A stretch of 64,000 nt of DNA from an uncultured Chthonomonadaceae bacterium (lineage in GTDB: Bacteria; Armatimonadota; Chthonomonadetes; Chthonomonadales; CAJBBX01), in the NCBI GenBank assembly GCA_964519955.1, contig CAZFLM010000013.1, positions 33,238 to 97,237 of the forward strand, in the 5' to 3' direction. This document shows positions 15,493 through 24,308 of the stretch, piece after piece. Within the stretch, counting starts at the first letter, position 1. Each line of letters starts with the position of its first letter. Position numbers and translations under genes: made by a program. The notes beneath the pieces are model-generated. The model ran no database searches. It was not told the DNA's origin and was given only the letters and a program-made list of their open reading frames with translations.

Positions 15493-15816
15493 CTACTCCA
15501 TCAGGAACGACATCTGGAGCAGCTTGACGGGCTGGCCGCCCTGATCGGAGTCCGTCGCGCTGTCGAGGTAGTCCTGCATGAAGACCTGCCACCGCGTGTG
15601 GACCTCCGACTTGTCGAGGTAGGCGCAGGTGGCGTCCCAGTCGTCGCACTCCAGGTAGCCGAACTCCATGCCGTTCGGGAGAAGCCACAGGCTGTAGTTG
15701 CGCATGCCGGCAGCCTTCAGCTCGGCCAGCAGGTCGGGCCACACGTTCGCGTGGATCTTCTTGTACTCCTCGATCTTGTCCGGCTTCACCTGAAGCAGCA
15801 GGCCGATGCGTTGCAT
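15493..15816 (-). CDS. rhaM: L-rhamnose mutarotase
   Basis: These are the last 107 codons of ORF 15493..16059. GGAGGGAC lies upstream of the ATG (CAT at 15814-15816). The translation is MQRIGLLLQVKPDKIEEYKKIHANVWPDLLAELKAAGMRNYSLWLLPNGMEFGYLECDD... Confidence 0.85.
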   Translation of the reverse strand: MQRIGLLLQVKPDKIEEYKKIHANVWPDLLAELKAAGMRNYSLWLLPNGMEFGYLECDDWDATCAYLDKSEVHTRWQVFMQDYLDSATDSDQGGQPVKLLQMSFLME

Positions 15817-15998
15817 GGAAGTCCCTCCGTCGTGCGGCAGCGCGCCGCGCGGTTGCAGAATGGTGGCGCGAGGAACGGCGGAACCGGCAGGCTTCCGGCA
15901 GCGTTCCGCCGAAGTAGGCTCCGTGTCGAGCCCTCGCGCGATACACGATTCGGCTCCGGAGGCGCGAGTCCTCCGCTCGGAAGCGAAAGGAGACAACC

Positions 15999-16832
15999 AT
16001 GCGTCTTGGTGGACCGGTCTACGGAGACTGCAGCGACCCCGAACGCTGGGCTGCGGCAACCCGGGCGGCTGGCTATAGGGCCGCCTACTGCCCGGTCGAC
16101 GCCACGGCGAGCGACGACCTCGTCAAGGCCTACGCCGATGCAGCCGCGAAAGCCGATATCGTCATCGCGGAGGTCGGCGCCTGGTCGAACCCGATGAGCC
16201 CCGATGAGAAGACCCGCGCCGAGGCCGTGGCCCATTGCCAGAAGCAGCTCGACCTGGCCGATCGCATCGGCGCGCGCTGCTGCGTCAACATCGTCGGCTC
16301 GCTCGGCACGAAGTGGGACGGCCCGTGCGCCGCCGACCTCGCCCCCGAGACCTTCGACCTCGTCGTCGAGACCGTCCGCGGCATCATCGACGCCGTCAAG
16401 CCGACGCGCACGTTCTACACGCTGGAGACGATGCCCTGGATGCTGCCTGACAGCACCGACAGCTACCTGGAACTGATCGCCGCGATCGACCGCCCCGCCC
16501 TGGCGGTGCACTTCGACCCGGTGAACCTGATCAGCAGCCCGCAGTGCTTCTTCGACAACGCGGCGCTCATGCGCGACTTCGTCAGGCGGCTCGGACCGCG
16601 CATCCGCAGCGTCCACGTGAAGGACATCCTGCTGGGCCAGAACCTGACCGTCCACCTGGACGAGGTGCGCCCCGGCACCGGCGGGCTCGACCACGCGGCC
16701 CTGCTCGTGGCGCTCAGCGGCCTCCGCGCCGACCTGCCGATCATGCTGGAGCACCTGGCAACCGAGGAGGAGTACAGCCTCGCCGCCGAGCACATCCGCA
16801 AGGTCGCGGCTGAGTGCGGAGTGACCGTATGA
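15999..16832 (+). CDS. Sugar phosphate isomerase/epimerase (xylose-isomerase-like TIM barrel)
   Basis: 277-aa ORF. It matches the family pattern CVNIVGSLG, TFYTLETMPW, AVHFDPVNL, SVHVKD, PIMLEH. Confidence 0.8.
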   Translation: MRLGGPVYGDCSDPERWAAATRAAGYRAAYCPVDATASDDLVKAYADAAAKADIVIAEVGAWSNPMSPDEKTRAEAVAHCQKQLDLADRIGARCCVNIVGSLGTKWDGPCAADLAPETFDLVVETVRGIIDAVKPTRTFYTLETMPWMLPDSTDSYLELIAAIDRPALAVHFDPVNLISSPQCFFDNAALMRDFVRRLGPRIRSVHVKDILLGQNLTVHLDEVRPGTGGLDHAALLVALSGLRADLPIMLEHLATEEEYSLAAEHIRKVAAECGVTV

Positions 16833-17806
16833 CGCGCACGGAGCGCCGGGTCACGTTCACGGCCCGCGAGACCGCCGAGCTGATCGCTGCCGAGGTCACC
16901 CCGCCGCCGCTGGGTCCGCGCGAGGTGGCTGGGCAGACGCTCGTCAGCCTGGTCAGCACGGGCACGGAGCTGGAGTGGGGCTACCGCGGCGCGACGTTCC
17001 CCAGCCACCCGGGCTACGCGGCCGTCTTCCGCATCGACGAGGTGGGCGCCGAGGTCACCGGCCTCGCGCCGGGTTCGGTGGCGTTCTGCCTGGGCAACCA
17101 CGCCTCGCACCAGCGCGTGCCGGTGGACGACGCGATCCCCGTGCCAGAGGGCCTGGCGCCCGACATCGCCGCGTTCGGGCGCATCGCCTGTATCTCGATG
17201 AGCACTCTCACCACGACGACAGCCCGACCGCCTGGCCCCGTGCTCATCACCGGCCTCGGGCTCGTCGGCAACATCGCGGCGCAGGTCTTCGCGTCCGCGG
17301 CCTACGAGGTGTACGGCTACGACCCCTCGCCCATCCGGCGCTCGGCGGTCGAGGGCATCCGCGGCGTGCACGTGCTGGCGGAGGGCGCGCTCGACCCGGC
17401 CGGCCCGGTTGGCGGCTACGCGCTGGCCCTGGAATGCTCCGGGCTGGAGGGGCCGGCGCTGGAGTGCTGCCAGGCGGTGCGCCAGCGCGGCGAGGTCGTG
17501 CTGATCGGCGTGCCCTGGCGCAAGCGCAGCGACCTGCCGGCCTTCGACCTGCTCCACGCGGTGTTCCACAAGTACGCCGTGCTGCGCAGCGGGTGGGAGT
17601 GGGAGGTGCCCATCAAGGAGCAGCCGTTCCGCACCAACAGCATCCACGGCAACATCGCCACGGCCATGCGCTGGCTGCAGGAGGGCAGGCTCCGGGTCGC
17701 CGATCTCTACGAGGCGCGCCGCCCCGAGGACTGCCCGGAGGTCTACGCCACGCTGGCGAAGGGCGCCTGGCCCAAACCCGCCGCCCTGTTCGACTGGCGG
17801 ATGTAG
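16829..17806 (+). CDS. Medium-chain (zinc-type) dehydrogenase/reductase family protein
   Basis: The ATG at 16829 overlaps the preceding stop (ATGA). A Rossmann motif is present (ITGLGLVGNIAAQVF). The ORF track starts at 16814. Confidence 0.75.
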   Translation: MTRTERRVTFTARETAELIAAEVTPPPLGPREVAGQTLVSLVSTGTELEWGYRGATFPSHPGYAAVFRIDEVGAEVTGLAPGSVAFCLGNHASHQRVPVDDAIPVPEGLAPDIAAFGRIACISMSTLTTTTARPPGPVLITGLGLVGNIAAQVFASAAYEVYGYDPSPIRRSAVEGIRGVHVLAEGALDPAGPVGGYALALECSGLEGPALECCQAVRQRGEVVLIGVPWRKRSDLPAFDLLHAVFHKYAVLRSGWEWEVPIKEQPFRTNSIHGNIATAMRWLQEGRLRVADLYEARRPEDCPEVYATLAKGAWPKPAALFDWRM

Positions 17807-17816
17807 GGCGAGGGCC

Positions 17817-17884
17817 GGGACTTGGGGGTTGGGACTTGGGTGTTGGGACTTGGGGTTGGGACTTGGGGGTCGGGGATTGGGGCC
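17817..17884 (+). repeat. G-run repeat family copy B: five tandem 13-14-nt units
   Basis: The units are GGGACTTGGGGGTT GGGACTTGGGTGTT GGGACTTGGGGTT GGGACTTGGGGGTC GGGGATTGGGGCC. They begin 11 nt after the stop at 17806, with the G-rich strand on the sense strand of that gene. Confidence 0.7.
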
Positions 17885-17980
17885 GGCGGCGTGAGGCCGG
17901 CGAATGAATTCGCGCCTACCAACGGCACCAAACCCGCCTGCGCGGGTTCAACGGCAACGGCGCAGCGCAGCACGCCGTAC

Positions 17981-18015
17981 CTTCTGGCTTCTGGCTTCTG
18001 ACTTCTGACTTCTCG
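17981..18015 (+). repeat. Tandem heptamer repeat CTTCTGR x5
   Basis: CTTCTGG CTTCTGG CTTCTGA CTTCTGA CTTCTCG, located 29 nt upstream of the methyltransferase start. Confidence 0.7.
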
Positions 18016-18043
18016 CCACTCGCTACCCAGAGCGGAGGTCCCA

Positions 18044-18766
18044 TTGAGCGACTTCGAACGTGTTGCGGAGAGCTACGCGCGGTTTCGCACCATCCACCCC
18101 GGCGTGCTGGAGGCGCTCATCGTCGGGGCGGAGCTGACGGCCGAGTCGCGCGTGCTCGAGGTTGGATGCGGAACCGGCAACTACCTGCGCGCCGTCATCG
18201 CGCAGACCGGGTGCTCCGGCGAGGGGGTCGAGCCGTCACCGGCCATGCTGGAGCAGGCGCGGAGGCACCTCGGCACGTACGTGCAGGGGCGCGCGGAGGA
18301 GCTGCCGCAGACGGACGCGAGCTTCGACCTGGTGTTCACGGTCGACGTGATCCACCATGTGGCGGACCGCCCGGCCTACTTCCGCGAGGCGAGGCGCGTG
18401 CTCAAGCCCGGCGGCTCCATCTGCACGGTCACCGACTCGCCGGACATCATCCGCACGCGCAAGCCGATGGCCGAGTACTTCCCGGAGACCGTGGCGGCCA
18501 ACCTGGCGAAGTACCCGGCCATCGAGACGCTGCGCGGCGAGATGGAGGCGGCCGGCTTCCCCAGGCAGCGCGTCGAGACCGCAATGATCGAGTTTCGCCT
18601 GGCCGACGCGAGCATGTACCGCGAGCGCGTGTTCTCCGCCCTGCGCGACATCCCGGACGAGGCCTGGCGGCGCGGGCTGGAGCGGCTGGAGCGGGACCTG
18701 GTCCTCGGCCCCATCCATGCCACGTCGCGGTACACTCTCGTGTGGGCGGTGAAGCCGCGCGGCTGA
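18044..18766 (+). CDS. Class I SAM-dependent methyltransferase
   Basis: 240-aa ORF with GGAGG 5 nt before the TTG at 18044. Motif I is VLEVGCGTGNY. The post-I and motif II regions are also recognisable (FDLVFTVDVIHH, LKPGG). Confidence 0.8.
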   Translation: MSDFERVAESYARFRTIHPGVLEALIVGAELTAESRVLEVGCGTGNYLRAVIAQTGCSGEGVEPSPAMLEQARRHLGTYVQGRAEELPQTDASFDLVFTVDVIHHVADRPAYFREARRVLKPGGSICTVTDSPDIIRTRKPMAEYFPETVAANLAKYPAIETLRGEMEAAGFPRQRVETAMIEFRLADASMYRERVFSALRDIPDEAWRRGLERLERDLVLGPIHATSRYTLVWAVKPRG

Positions 18767-18768
18767 CG

Positions 18769-19239
18769 TCACGGGTTCGAGTAGTAGAACGTGCCGAGCG
18801 TCGTGATCAGCTCGTTGCCCGCCTTGTCCGCAGCCCGCAGGACCAGCGTGACGTACGCCGAGCGGTGGCTCTGCCCGGGATCGAGCGTCGTGAAGTCCAG
18901 GTCCGCCTGCCACCCTCCCGTCGTGTCGCTCTGCGCCGACATGGCGATGGACCTCCCAAGGTCGAACGTGCCGCCATACGACGCGAACAGACGGATGGTG
19001 GGTGGCTGGCTCGTACCGATCCCGCCCGCGTCAGCGAGGGTGGCGGAGACTTGCAGCACGGTGGTAGGGTGAACTACAGGCACCGTCTTGTCCGTCGGCA
19101 GCATCTGCTGCTGCTCGGTGGTACTCGTGTACAGCACGGCCCTGGTGACGGTCGGCGGCGTTGTGTCGTCCGACTTGCCAACGCCGCCGCCACAGCCATA
19201 CGCCAGTGGGGCGATCAACGGAAGAGCCAGCAAGAGCAC
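18769..19239 (-). CDS. Putative lipoprotein, hypothetical
   Basis: 156-aa ORF with a GTG start and a lipobox-like LLLALPLIAPLAYGCGG. The mature part is beta-rich. No family was recognised. Confidence 0.5.
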   Translation of the reverse strand: MLLLALPLIAPLAYGCGGGVGKSDDTTPPTVTRAVLYTSTTEQQQMLPTDKTVPVVHPTTVLQVSATLADAGGIGTSQPPTIRLFASYGGTFDLGRSIAMSAQSDTTGGWQADLDFTTLDPGQSHRSAYVTLVLRAADKAGNELITTLGTFYYSNP

Positions 19240-19356
19240 GACGGGACGTCTTGGCGCCGTCTGGTATCTCCTCTGCAGTGGTGTTGCGCTGTCCCGATCC
19301 CGATACGCTGATCATAGGTACTTTCGTCACCTTCAACCCATGCGAAACGGACCAAC

Positions 19357-20424
19357 ATGCCCGACCTTCCCCTGAACCAGATCCTGCTCGGCGACTGCGT
19401 CGAGCTGATGAACGCCCTGCCGGAGAAGTGCGTCGACCTCGTCTTCGCCGACCCGCCCTACAACATGCAGCTTCGCGGCGACCTGCTGCGCCCCAACCTG
19501 ACGGAGGTCGACGCAGTGACCGACGAATGGGACCAGTTCGGTTCCTTCGCGGATTACGACGCCTTCACGCGCGAGTGGCTCAGCGCGGCACGGCGCGTGA
19601 TGAAGGACACCGCGACGCTGTGGGTCATCGGCACCTACCACAACATCCACCGCGTCGGCGCCATCCTGATGGACCTGGGCTTCTGGATCCTGAACGACGT
19701 GGTGTGGGTGAAGGCGAACCCGATGCCGCAGATGAAGGGCGTCCGGTTCTGCAACGCCCAGGAGACGCTCATCTGGGCTAAGAAGAGCGAGAAGGCGTCC
19801 GGCTACACGTTCCGCTACCGCGACATGAAGTCAGGAAACGAGGACGTGCAGATGCGCTCCGACTGGTACATCCCGCTCTGCACCGGGCCCGAGCGCGAGA
19901 CGGTGAACGGGACCAAGGCGCACTCCACGCAGAAGCCCGAGGCGCTCCTGCACCGCGTCCTGGCCTCCACGTCGGAGCCGGGCCAGATCGTCCTGGACCC
20001 CTTCTGCGGCACGGGCACAACGGCGGCCGTGGCGAAGCGCCTGGGCCGCGACTTCATCACCATGGACCGCGACGCGGGCTACGTGGAGGTCGCGCGCAAG
20101 CGGCTCGACGCGATCGCGCCCACGCTGTTCGGCGCGGACGCGACGCTGCACATCGACGCGCCGAAGCCACGGGTCGCGTTCGCGCAGCTCGTGGAGGAGG
20201 GCAAGCTGCCGCCTGGCACGGAGCTGCGGCTGCGCAAGAAGGACGTGCGCGCCACGGTGAACGAGGATGGGACGATCACCGCCGACGGCGTGCGCGGCTC
20301 CATCCACCGCATGGGCGCTCGCTGCCTGGGCACGCCCGCCTGCAACGGCTGGGAGCATTGGCTCTACGAGGCCTCGCCCGGCGACTGGGTTGCCATCGAC
20401 GCGCTGCGGCCGTCGGCGGTGTGA
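19357..20424 (+). CDS. ccrM: CcrM-like beta-class N6-adenine DNA methyltransferase (orphan)
   Basis: 355-aa ORF that is collinear by eye with Caulobacter CcrM: GDCVELMNALPEKCVDLVFADPPYNMQLRGDLLRP, WDQFGSFADYDAFTREWL, WVIGTYHNIHRVG, GFWILNDVVWVKANPMP, MRSDWYIPLCTG, KAHSTQKPEALL, LDPFCGTGTT. It also has the CcrM-type C-terminal domain (GSIHRMGA..PACNGWEHW). Confidence 0.85.
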   Translation: MPDLPLNQILLGDCVELMNALPEKCVDLVFADPPYNMQLRGDLLRPNLTEVDAVTDEWDQFGSFADYDAFTREWLSAARRVMKDTATLWVIGTYHNIHRVGAILMDLGFWILNDVVWVKANPMPQMKGVRFCNAQETLIWAKKSEKASGYTFRYRDMKSGNEDVQMRSDWYIPLCTGPERETVNGTKAHSTQKPEALLHRVLASTSEPGQIVLDPFCGTGTTAAVAKRLGRDFITMDRDAGYVEVARKRLDAIAPTLFGADATLHIDAPKPRVAFAQLVEEGKLPPGTELRLRKKDVRATVNEDGTITADGVRGSIHRMGARCLGTPACNGWEHWLYEASPGDWVAIDALRPSAV

Positions 20425-20485
20425 GGGGGGGACGCTGCACAGGGCGCGCCGCACCGTGGGCACCACAGCCACACCCGCAAGTCAG

Positions 20486-20523
20486 CACAGGGCAATCGCA
20501 ACCCGCGTTGCGACTGCCCTGTG
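20486..20523. terminator. Bidirectional hairpin between convergent ccrM and pheA
   Basis: CACAGGGCAATCGCAAC / GTTGCGACTGCCCTGTG form a 17-bp stem with one mismatch and a 4-nt loop. Confidence 0.55.
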
Positions 20524-20562
20524 GGGTGGGGCCTCGGTGCCCCGTCGGTCGCCGCCCGGCCT

Positions 20563-21627
20563 CTACTCCGTCGCCGGATACGAGCCCAGGATCGTGACGA
20601 AGAGCGCCTGCTCGCGGAGCAGGTCGATGGCCTTCGTCACCCCGATGTCGCGCGAGTGGCCCTGCACGTCGACGTAGAACACGTACTCCCACGCGGCCAC
20701 TTTGGCCGGGCGCGACTCGATCATCGTCATGTTCACGTCGTACTTCTCGAACGCGGCCATCGCCCGGAAGAGCATGCCGGATTTGTTGTGCACCGAGAAC
20801 ATGATCGACGTCTTGTCGTGCCCCGTCGGCTCCGGCTCGTTGTAGCCCAGCACCAGGAAGCGCGTGCGGTTGCCCGGGTTGTCCTCGATGTGCTCCACCA
20901 GGATGGGCACCTCGTTCAGCTCGGCCGCCAGGAGCGGACAGACCGCCGCGGTGCCCTCCTCCTTCGCCGCCAGTTGCGCCGCCTTCGACGTGCTGGACAC
21001 CTCGATGAGTTCCGCGTGGGACATGTGGGCGCGCAGCCACTGCCGGCTCTGGGCGAGGGGCTGCGGGTGCGAGTAGACCCGGCGGACCTCCTCGATGGAG
21101 CCGCAGTTGGTCGCCACGTTGTGGACGATCGACGCGTAGACCTCGGAGACGACGCGCAGGTTCGTCGCCATGAACGTGTCGAGGGTCTCCGGCACGGCGC
21201 CCGCAAGCGAGTTCTCGACGGGCACGATGCCGTAGTCCGCCGCGCCGCGCTCCACCTGGGCGAACACGTCGGCGATGGTATCCGTTGGGACGAAGTCGGA
21301 CGAGGTGCCGAACTTGGTGACCGCGGCCTGGTGCGAGAAGGTGCCCGTGGGCCCGAGGAACGCGACGGTGAGCGGCTTCTCCAGGGCGCGCGAGGCGGAG
21401 ATGATCTCCCGGTAGATGGCGCGGATCGCCGCGGCGTCGAGCGGCCCCTGGTTCGCGTCCAGCAGGCGCTTGAAGACCGTGTGCTCCCGTTCCGGGGTAA
21501 AATAGTGCGACCGCGAGCGGGCCTTGTGCTTGCCGATCTCCTGGGCGAGTTCGGCGCGCCGGTTGAGCAGTCCGACGATCTGCTCGTCGATCCGGTCGAT
21601 CTCCTTGCGCAGGTCGCTGAGGTTCAT
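20563..21627 (-). CDS. pheA: Bifunctional chorismate mutase / prephenate dehydratase
   Basis: These are the last 354 codons of ORF 20563..22395, starting at MNLSDLRKEIDRIDEQIVGLLNRR (CAT at 25-27 of 216xx). The prephenate dehydratase region reads VAFLGPTGTFSH and an ACT domain follows. The N-terminal extension in the ORF track overlaps accD and was rejected. Confidence 0.9.
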   Translation of the reverse strand: MNLSDLRKEIDRIDEQIVGLLNRRAELAQEIGKHKARSRSHYFTPEREHTVFKRLLDANQGPLDAAAIRAIYREIISASRALEKPLTVAFLGPTGTFSHQAAVTKFGTSSDFVPTDTIADVFAQVERGAADYGIVPVENSLAGAVPETLDTFMATNLRVVSEVYASIVHNVATNCGSIEEVRRVYSHPQPLAQSRQWLRAHMSHAELIEVSSTSKAAQLAAKEEGTAAVCPLLAAELNEVPILVEHIEDNPGNRTRFLVLGYNEPEPTGHDKTSIMFSVHNKSGMLFRAMAAFEKYDVNMTMIESRPAKVAAWEYVFYVDVQGHSRDIGVTKAIDLLREQALFVTILGSYPATE

Positions 21628-21805
21628 CCGGCATCCTTTCCGGCCCATGGGGCGTCGCGTCGTTGTGGTCCGTTCAGGTTCGCCCGGGGCGAGGGCGACT
21701 CCTGCTCGGCGCGACGTTCGTCTCGAAGGCAGGACGATGCGCTCCAGCCCGCACCTCGGAGCGCGCTCAGCATCCCGCGGCGCCACGCAGGCGCCAGGAG
21801 GCAAG

Positions 21806-22645
21806 ATGTCACGTGGCGGCTGGTTCGGGCGGCGTTCGCGCTCGACTAGATCAATGGAGGCGGTACCCGAGGGCATCGCGACCAAGTGCGAGGGGTGCGA
21901 CGAGATCCTCTTCGCGCGCGACCTCGAACGGAACCTGAAGGTCTGCCCCCGCTGCAACCACCACCACCGGCTTAACGCGCGGGAGCGGCTGGACATCACC
22001 GTCGACGAGGGCTCCTTCCAGGAGATCGACGGCGACCTGCGCTCCGCCGACCCGCTGGAGTTCCCCGAGTACCCCGAGAAGCTCCACCGCGCCGCCGCCA
22101 AGTCCGGCATGACGGAGGCGGTGACGACCGGCCTGGCGACCATCGACGGCTCCCCGGTCGTCATTGGCGTGGCGGATTTCGCCTTCATGGGCGGCTCCAT
22201 GGGCTCCGTCGTCGGCGAGAAGGTCTCGCGCGCCATCGAGCGCGCCATCGAGGAGGCCCTGCCCGTCGTCATGTTCACTGCGTCGGGCGGCGCGCGCATG
22301 CAGGAGGGGCTCGTCGCGCTGCTGCAGATGGCCAAGACCTCGGCCGCCGCGGCCCGCCTGGACCGCGCACGCCTCCCATTCATCGTTGTCATCACGGACC
22401 CGACGACCGGCGGCCTATTCGCCAGCTACGCGTCGCTCGGCGACGTCATCCTGGCCGAGCCCGGCGCGGTGGTGGGCTTCGCGGGCCGGCGCGTCGCGAA
22501 CCAGGAGCTGGGCGCGAAACTGCCCGACAACTTCCAGACCAGCGAGTTCCAGCACGAGCATGGCATGATCGACCGCATCACGCCGCGCAAGGACATCCGG
22601 CCCACGCTCTCGACGCTGCTGAAGCTGCTGGCGCTGCCCGTGTAG
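21806..22645 (+). CDS. accD: Acetyl-CoA carboxylase carboxyltransferase subunit beta
   Basis: AGGAGG lies upstream of the ATG at 21806. The translation is MSRGGWFGRR... with the zinc ribbon CEGCDEILFARDLERNLKVCPRCNHH, plus GGSMG and ASGGARMQEG. Confidence 0.9.
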   Translation: MSRGGWFGRRSRSTRSMEAVPEGIATKCEGCDEILFARDLERNLKVCPRCNHHHRLNARERLDITVDEGSFQEIDGDLRSADPLEFPEYPEKLHRAAAKSGMTEAVTTGLATIDGSPVVIGVADFAFMGGSMGSVVGEKVSRAIERAIEEALPVVMFTASGGARMQEGLVALLQMAKTSAAAARLDRARLPFIVVITDPTTGGLFASYASLGDVILAEPGAVVGFAGRRVANQELGAKLPDNFQTSEFQHEHGMIDRITPRKDIRPTLSTLLKLLALPV

Positions 22646-22756
22646 CGGGGCTGGACGGGCGCGGAGGCCCGTCCTTCCAGGGCAGCCGGTGGACGGGCGC
22701 GGCGGCAACCTGAAGTGCTGAAGTGCAAGGCGTCTCGTACGGCGGAGAAGATACGA

Positions 22757-23776
22757 ATGCAGGGCGACTTCCTGGATTTCGAGAAGGACATCGAGGACCT
22801 CGAGCGGCTCATCGCGGATCTGAAGAGCCCCGAGCGCCGGGCGCAAGCCCGCGCCGAGGGCATCGACCTCGACGAGAAGATCGCGCCCCTCGACGCCGAG
22901 ATCGAGCGCATCCTGAAGCAGCGCTACCGCGACCTCTCGCCGTGGGAGAAGACGCAGATCGCCCGCCACCGGGCGCGCCCCTACTCGCTCGACTACGTGC
23001 GCCTCATCTTCGACGAGTTCGTCGAGCTGTCCGGCGACCGCGTCGGCACAAACGATGAGGCCATCGTGGGCGGCCCCGCCAGACTTGAGGGGCATCCGGT
23101 GATGGTCATCGGCCAGCAGAAGGGCCGCGACATCCGCGAGCGCCAGCGCCGGAACTTCGGCATGGCGCGCGGCGCGGGATACCGGAAGGCCCTCCGCCTC
23201 GCGCAGATGGCCGAGAAGTTCGGCCTGCCGCTCATCTCGTTTGTCGATACCGCCGGCGCCGCGGCAGACCTGGAAGCCGAGGAGCAGGGGGTGAGCGAGT
23301 CCATAGCCCACAACCTGCGCGACTTCTCCATCCTGGCCACGCCGAGCGTCTGCGTCGTGATCGGCGAAGGCGGCAGCGGCGGCGCGCTGGGGATGTCGGT
23401 CGCCGACCGCGTGCTGATGCTGGAGAACTCCGTGTACTCCGTAATCTCGCCCGAGGGCTGCGCGTCGATCCTCTGGTACGACAAGACCCGCGCGGCGGAC
23501 GCGGCCCAGGCCCTGAAGCTGACGGCGGAGAACGCGGTGCGCTTCGGCATCGTGGACGAGATCCTGCCGGAGCCCCTCGGCGGCGCCCACCGCGACCCGC
23601 TGGCCATGGCGGCCACGGTCAAGGAGGCGCTGCTGCGCCACCTCGGCGAGCTGCGCGCCGAGACCGTCGAGACCCTGGTCGACCGGCGCTACGCACGCCT
23701 ACGCCAGATCGGCGTGTTCCATGAGGCGTGGGCGGAGGCTGAGGACGAGGTAGACATCGAGGCGGAGACGGAGTAG
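22757..23776 (+). CDS. accA: Acetyl-CoA carboxylase carboxyltransferase subunit alpha
   Basis: The ATG at 22757 follows GGAGAAG. The translation is MQGDFLDFEKDIEDLE.. with FVDTAGA, IGEGGSGGAL and RDP. The ORF track starts at 22715. Confidence 0.9.
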   Translation: MQGDFLDFEKDIEDLERLIADLKSPERRAQARAEGIDLDEKIAPLDAEIERILKQRYRDLSPWEKTQIARHRARPYSLDYVRLIFDEFVELSGDRVGTNDEAIVGGPARLEGHPVMVIGQQKGRDIRERQRRNFGMARGAGYRKALRLAQMAEKFGLPLISFVDTAGAAADLEAEEQGVSESIAHNLRDFSILATPSVCVVIGEGGSGGALGMSVADRVLMLENSVYSVISPEGCASILWYDKTRAADAAQALKLTAENAVRFGIVDEILPEPLGGAHRDPLAMAATVKEALLRHLGELRAETVETLVDRRYARLRQIGVFHEAWAEAEDEVDIEAETE

Positions 23777-23802
23777 GACGACTTCTGAGGCAACTGCACG
23801 TT

Positions 23803-24276
23803 CTACGCCTGCTTGTACTCGAACTGCCCTCCATGGATCTTGAAGTCCCGGACGCGGTTGGCATACACCCCAATGTAGCCGACGCGCACCATCGCGTCCA
23901 CCTGTTCCATCAGGTCGAACAGCTCGCGATGGAGTTCTTCGCTCTCCTCATCGGTCAGGTCGGCCTGGTCGGTGAGCGCCCAGAGCGCTTCGACCCGATC
24001 GAGGATGCCGCGGTGCTTCTCGAACGCGGGAAGCGGATGGAACCTGCCGTAGTCCCAGGGCATGTCGTACCCCTGCCACTCCAGGTAGCCGACCTCCTCG
24101 CCGTCGATAATGAGCCGGGGGCTCTCCGAGGGACGAATGTGCGGCCGCCGCCAGCGTCGCGCGTCGGCGGCAAGGCCCCGGAGGAACGCGACCTCGTGCT
24201 TGAGAGGTCTCTGCTTGGCGGCCTCGGCGCGGCGCTCGCGCACCCTCGTCATCTGGCATGCCAGCCACCTCAGCAT
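23803..24276 (-). CDS. Hypothetical protein (157 aa)
   Basis: This is the 3' part of ORF 23803..24618. It starts at MLRWLACQMTRV (CAT 24274-24276), 32 nt after the upstream hydrolase stop. The acidic C-terminal half is protein-like. No family was recognised. Confidence 0.45.
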   Translation of the reverse strand: MLRWLACQMTRVRERRAEAAKQRPLKHEVAFLRGLAADARRWRRPHIRPSESPRLIIDGEEVGYLEWQGYDMPWDYGRFHPLPAFEKHRGILDRVEALWALTDQADLTDEESEELHRELFDLMEQVDAMVRVGYIGVYANRVRDFKIHGGQFEYKQA

Positions 24277-24308
24277 CGTCGGCCTCCGCTTCGGCCTGCT
24301 GCCCCCAA

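Noticed and set aside
13840-17884. G-run tandem repeats considered as a possible CRISPR array
   Set aside because: The units are 13-14 nt with no intervening unique spacers. The copies are few and dispersed, and no cas genes are in the window.
18769-21627. A restriction endonuclease partner for the CcrM-like methylase
   Set aside because: The flanking genes are a small lipoprotein and pheA. There is no unassigned ORF of suitable size on either side.
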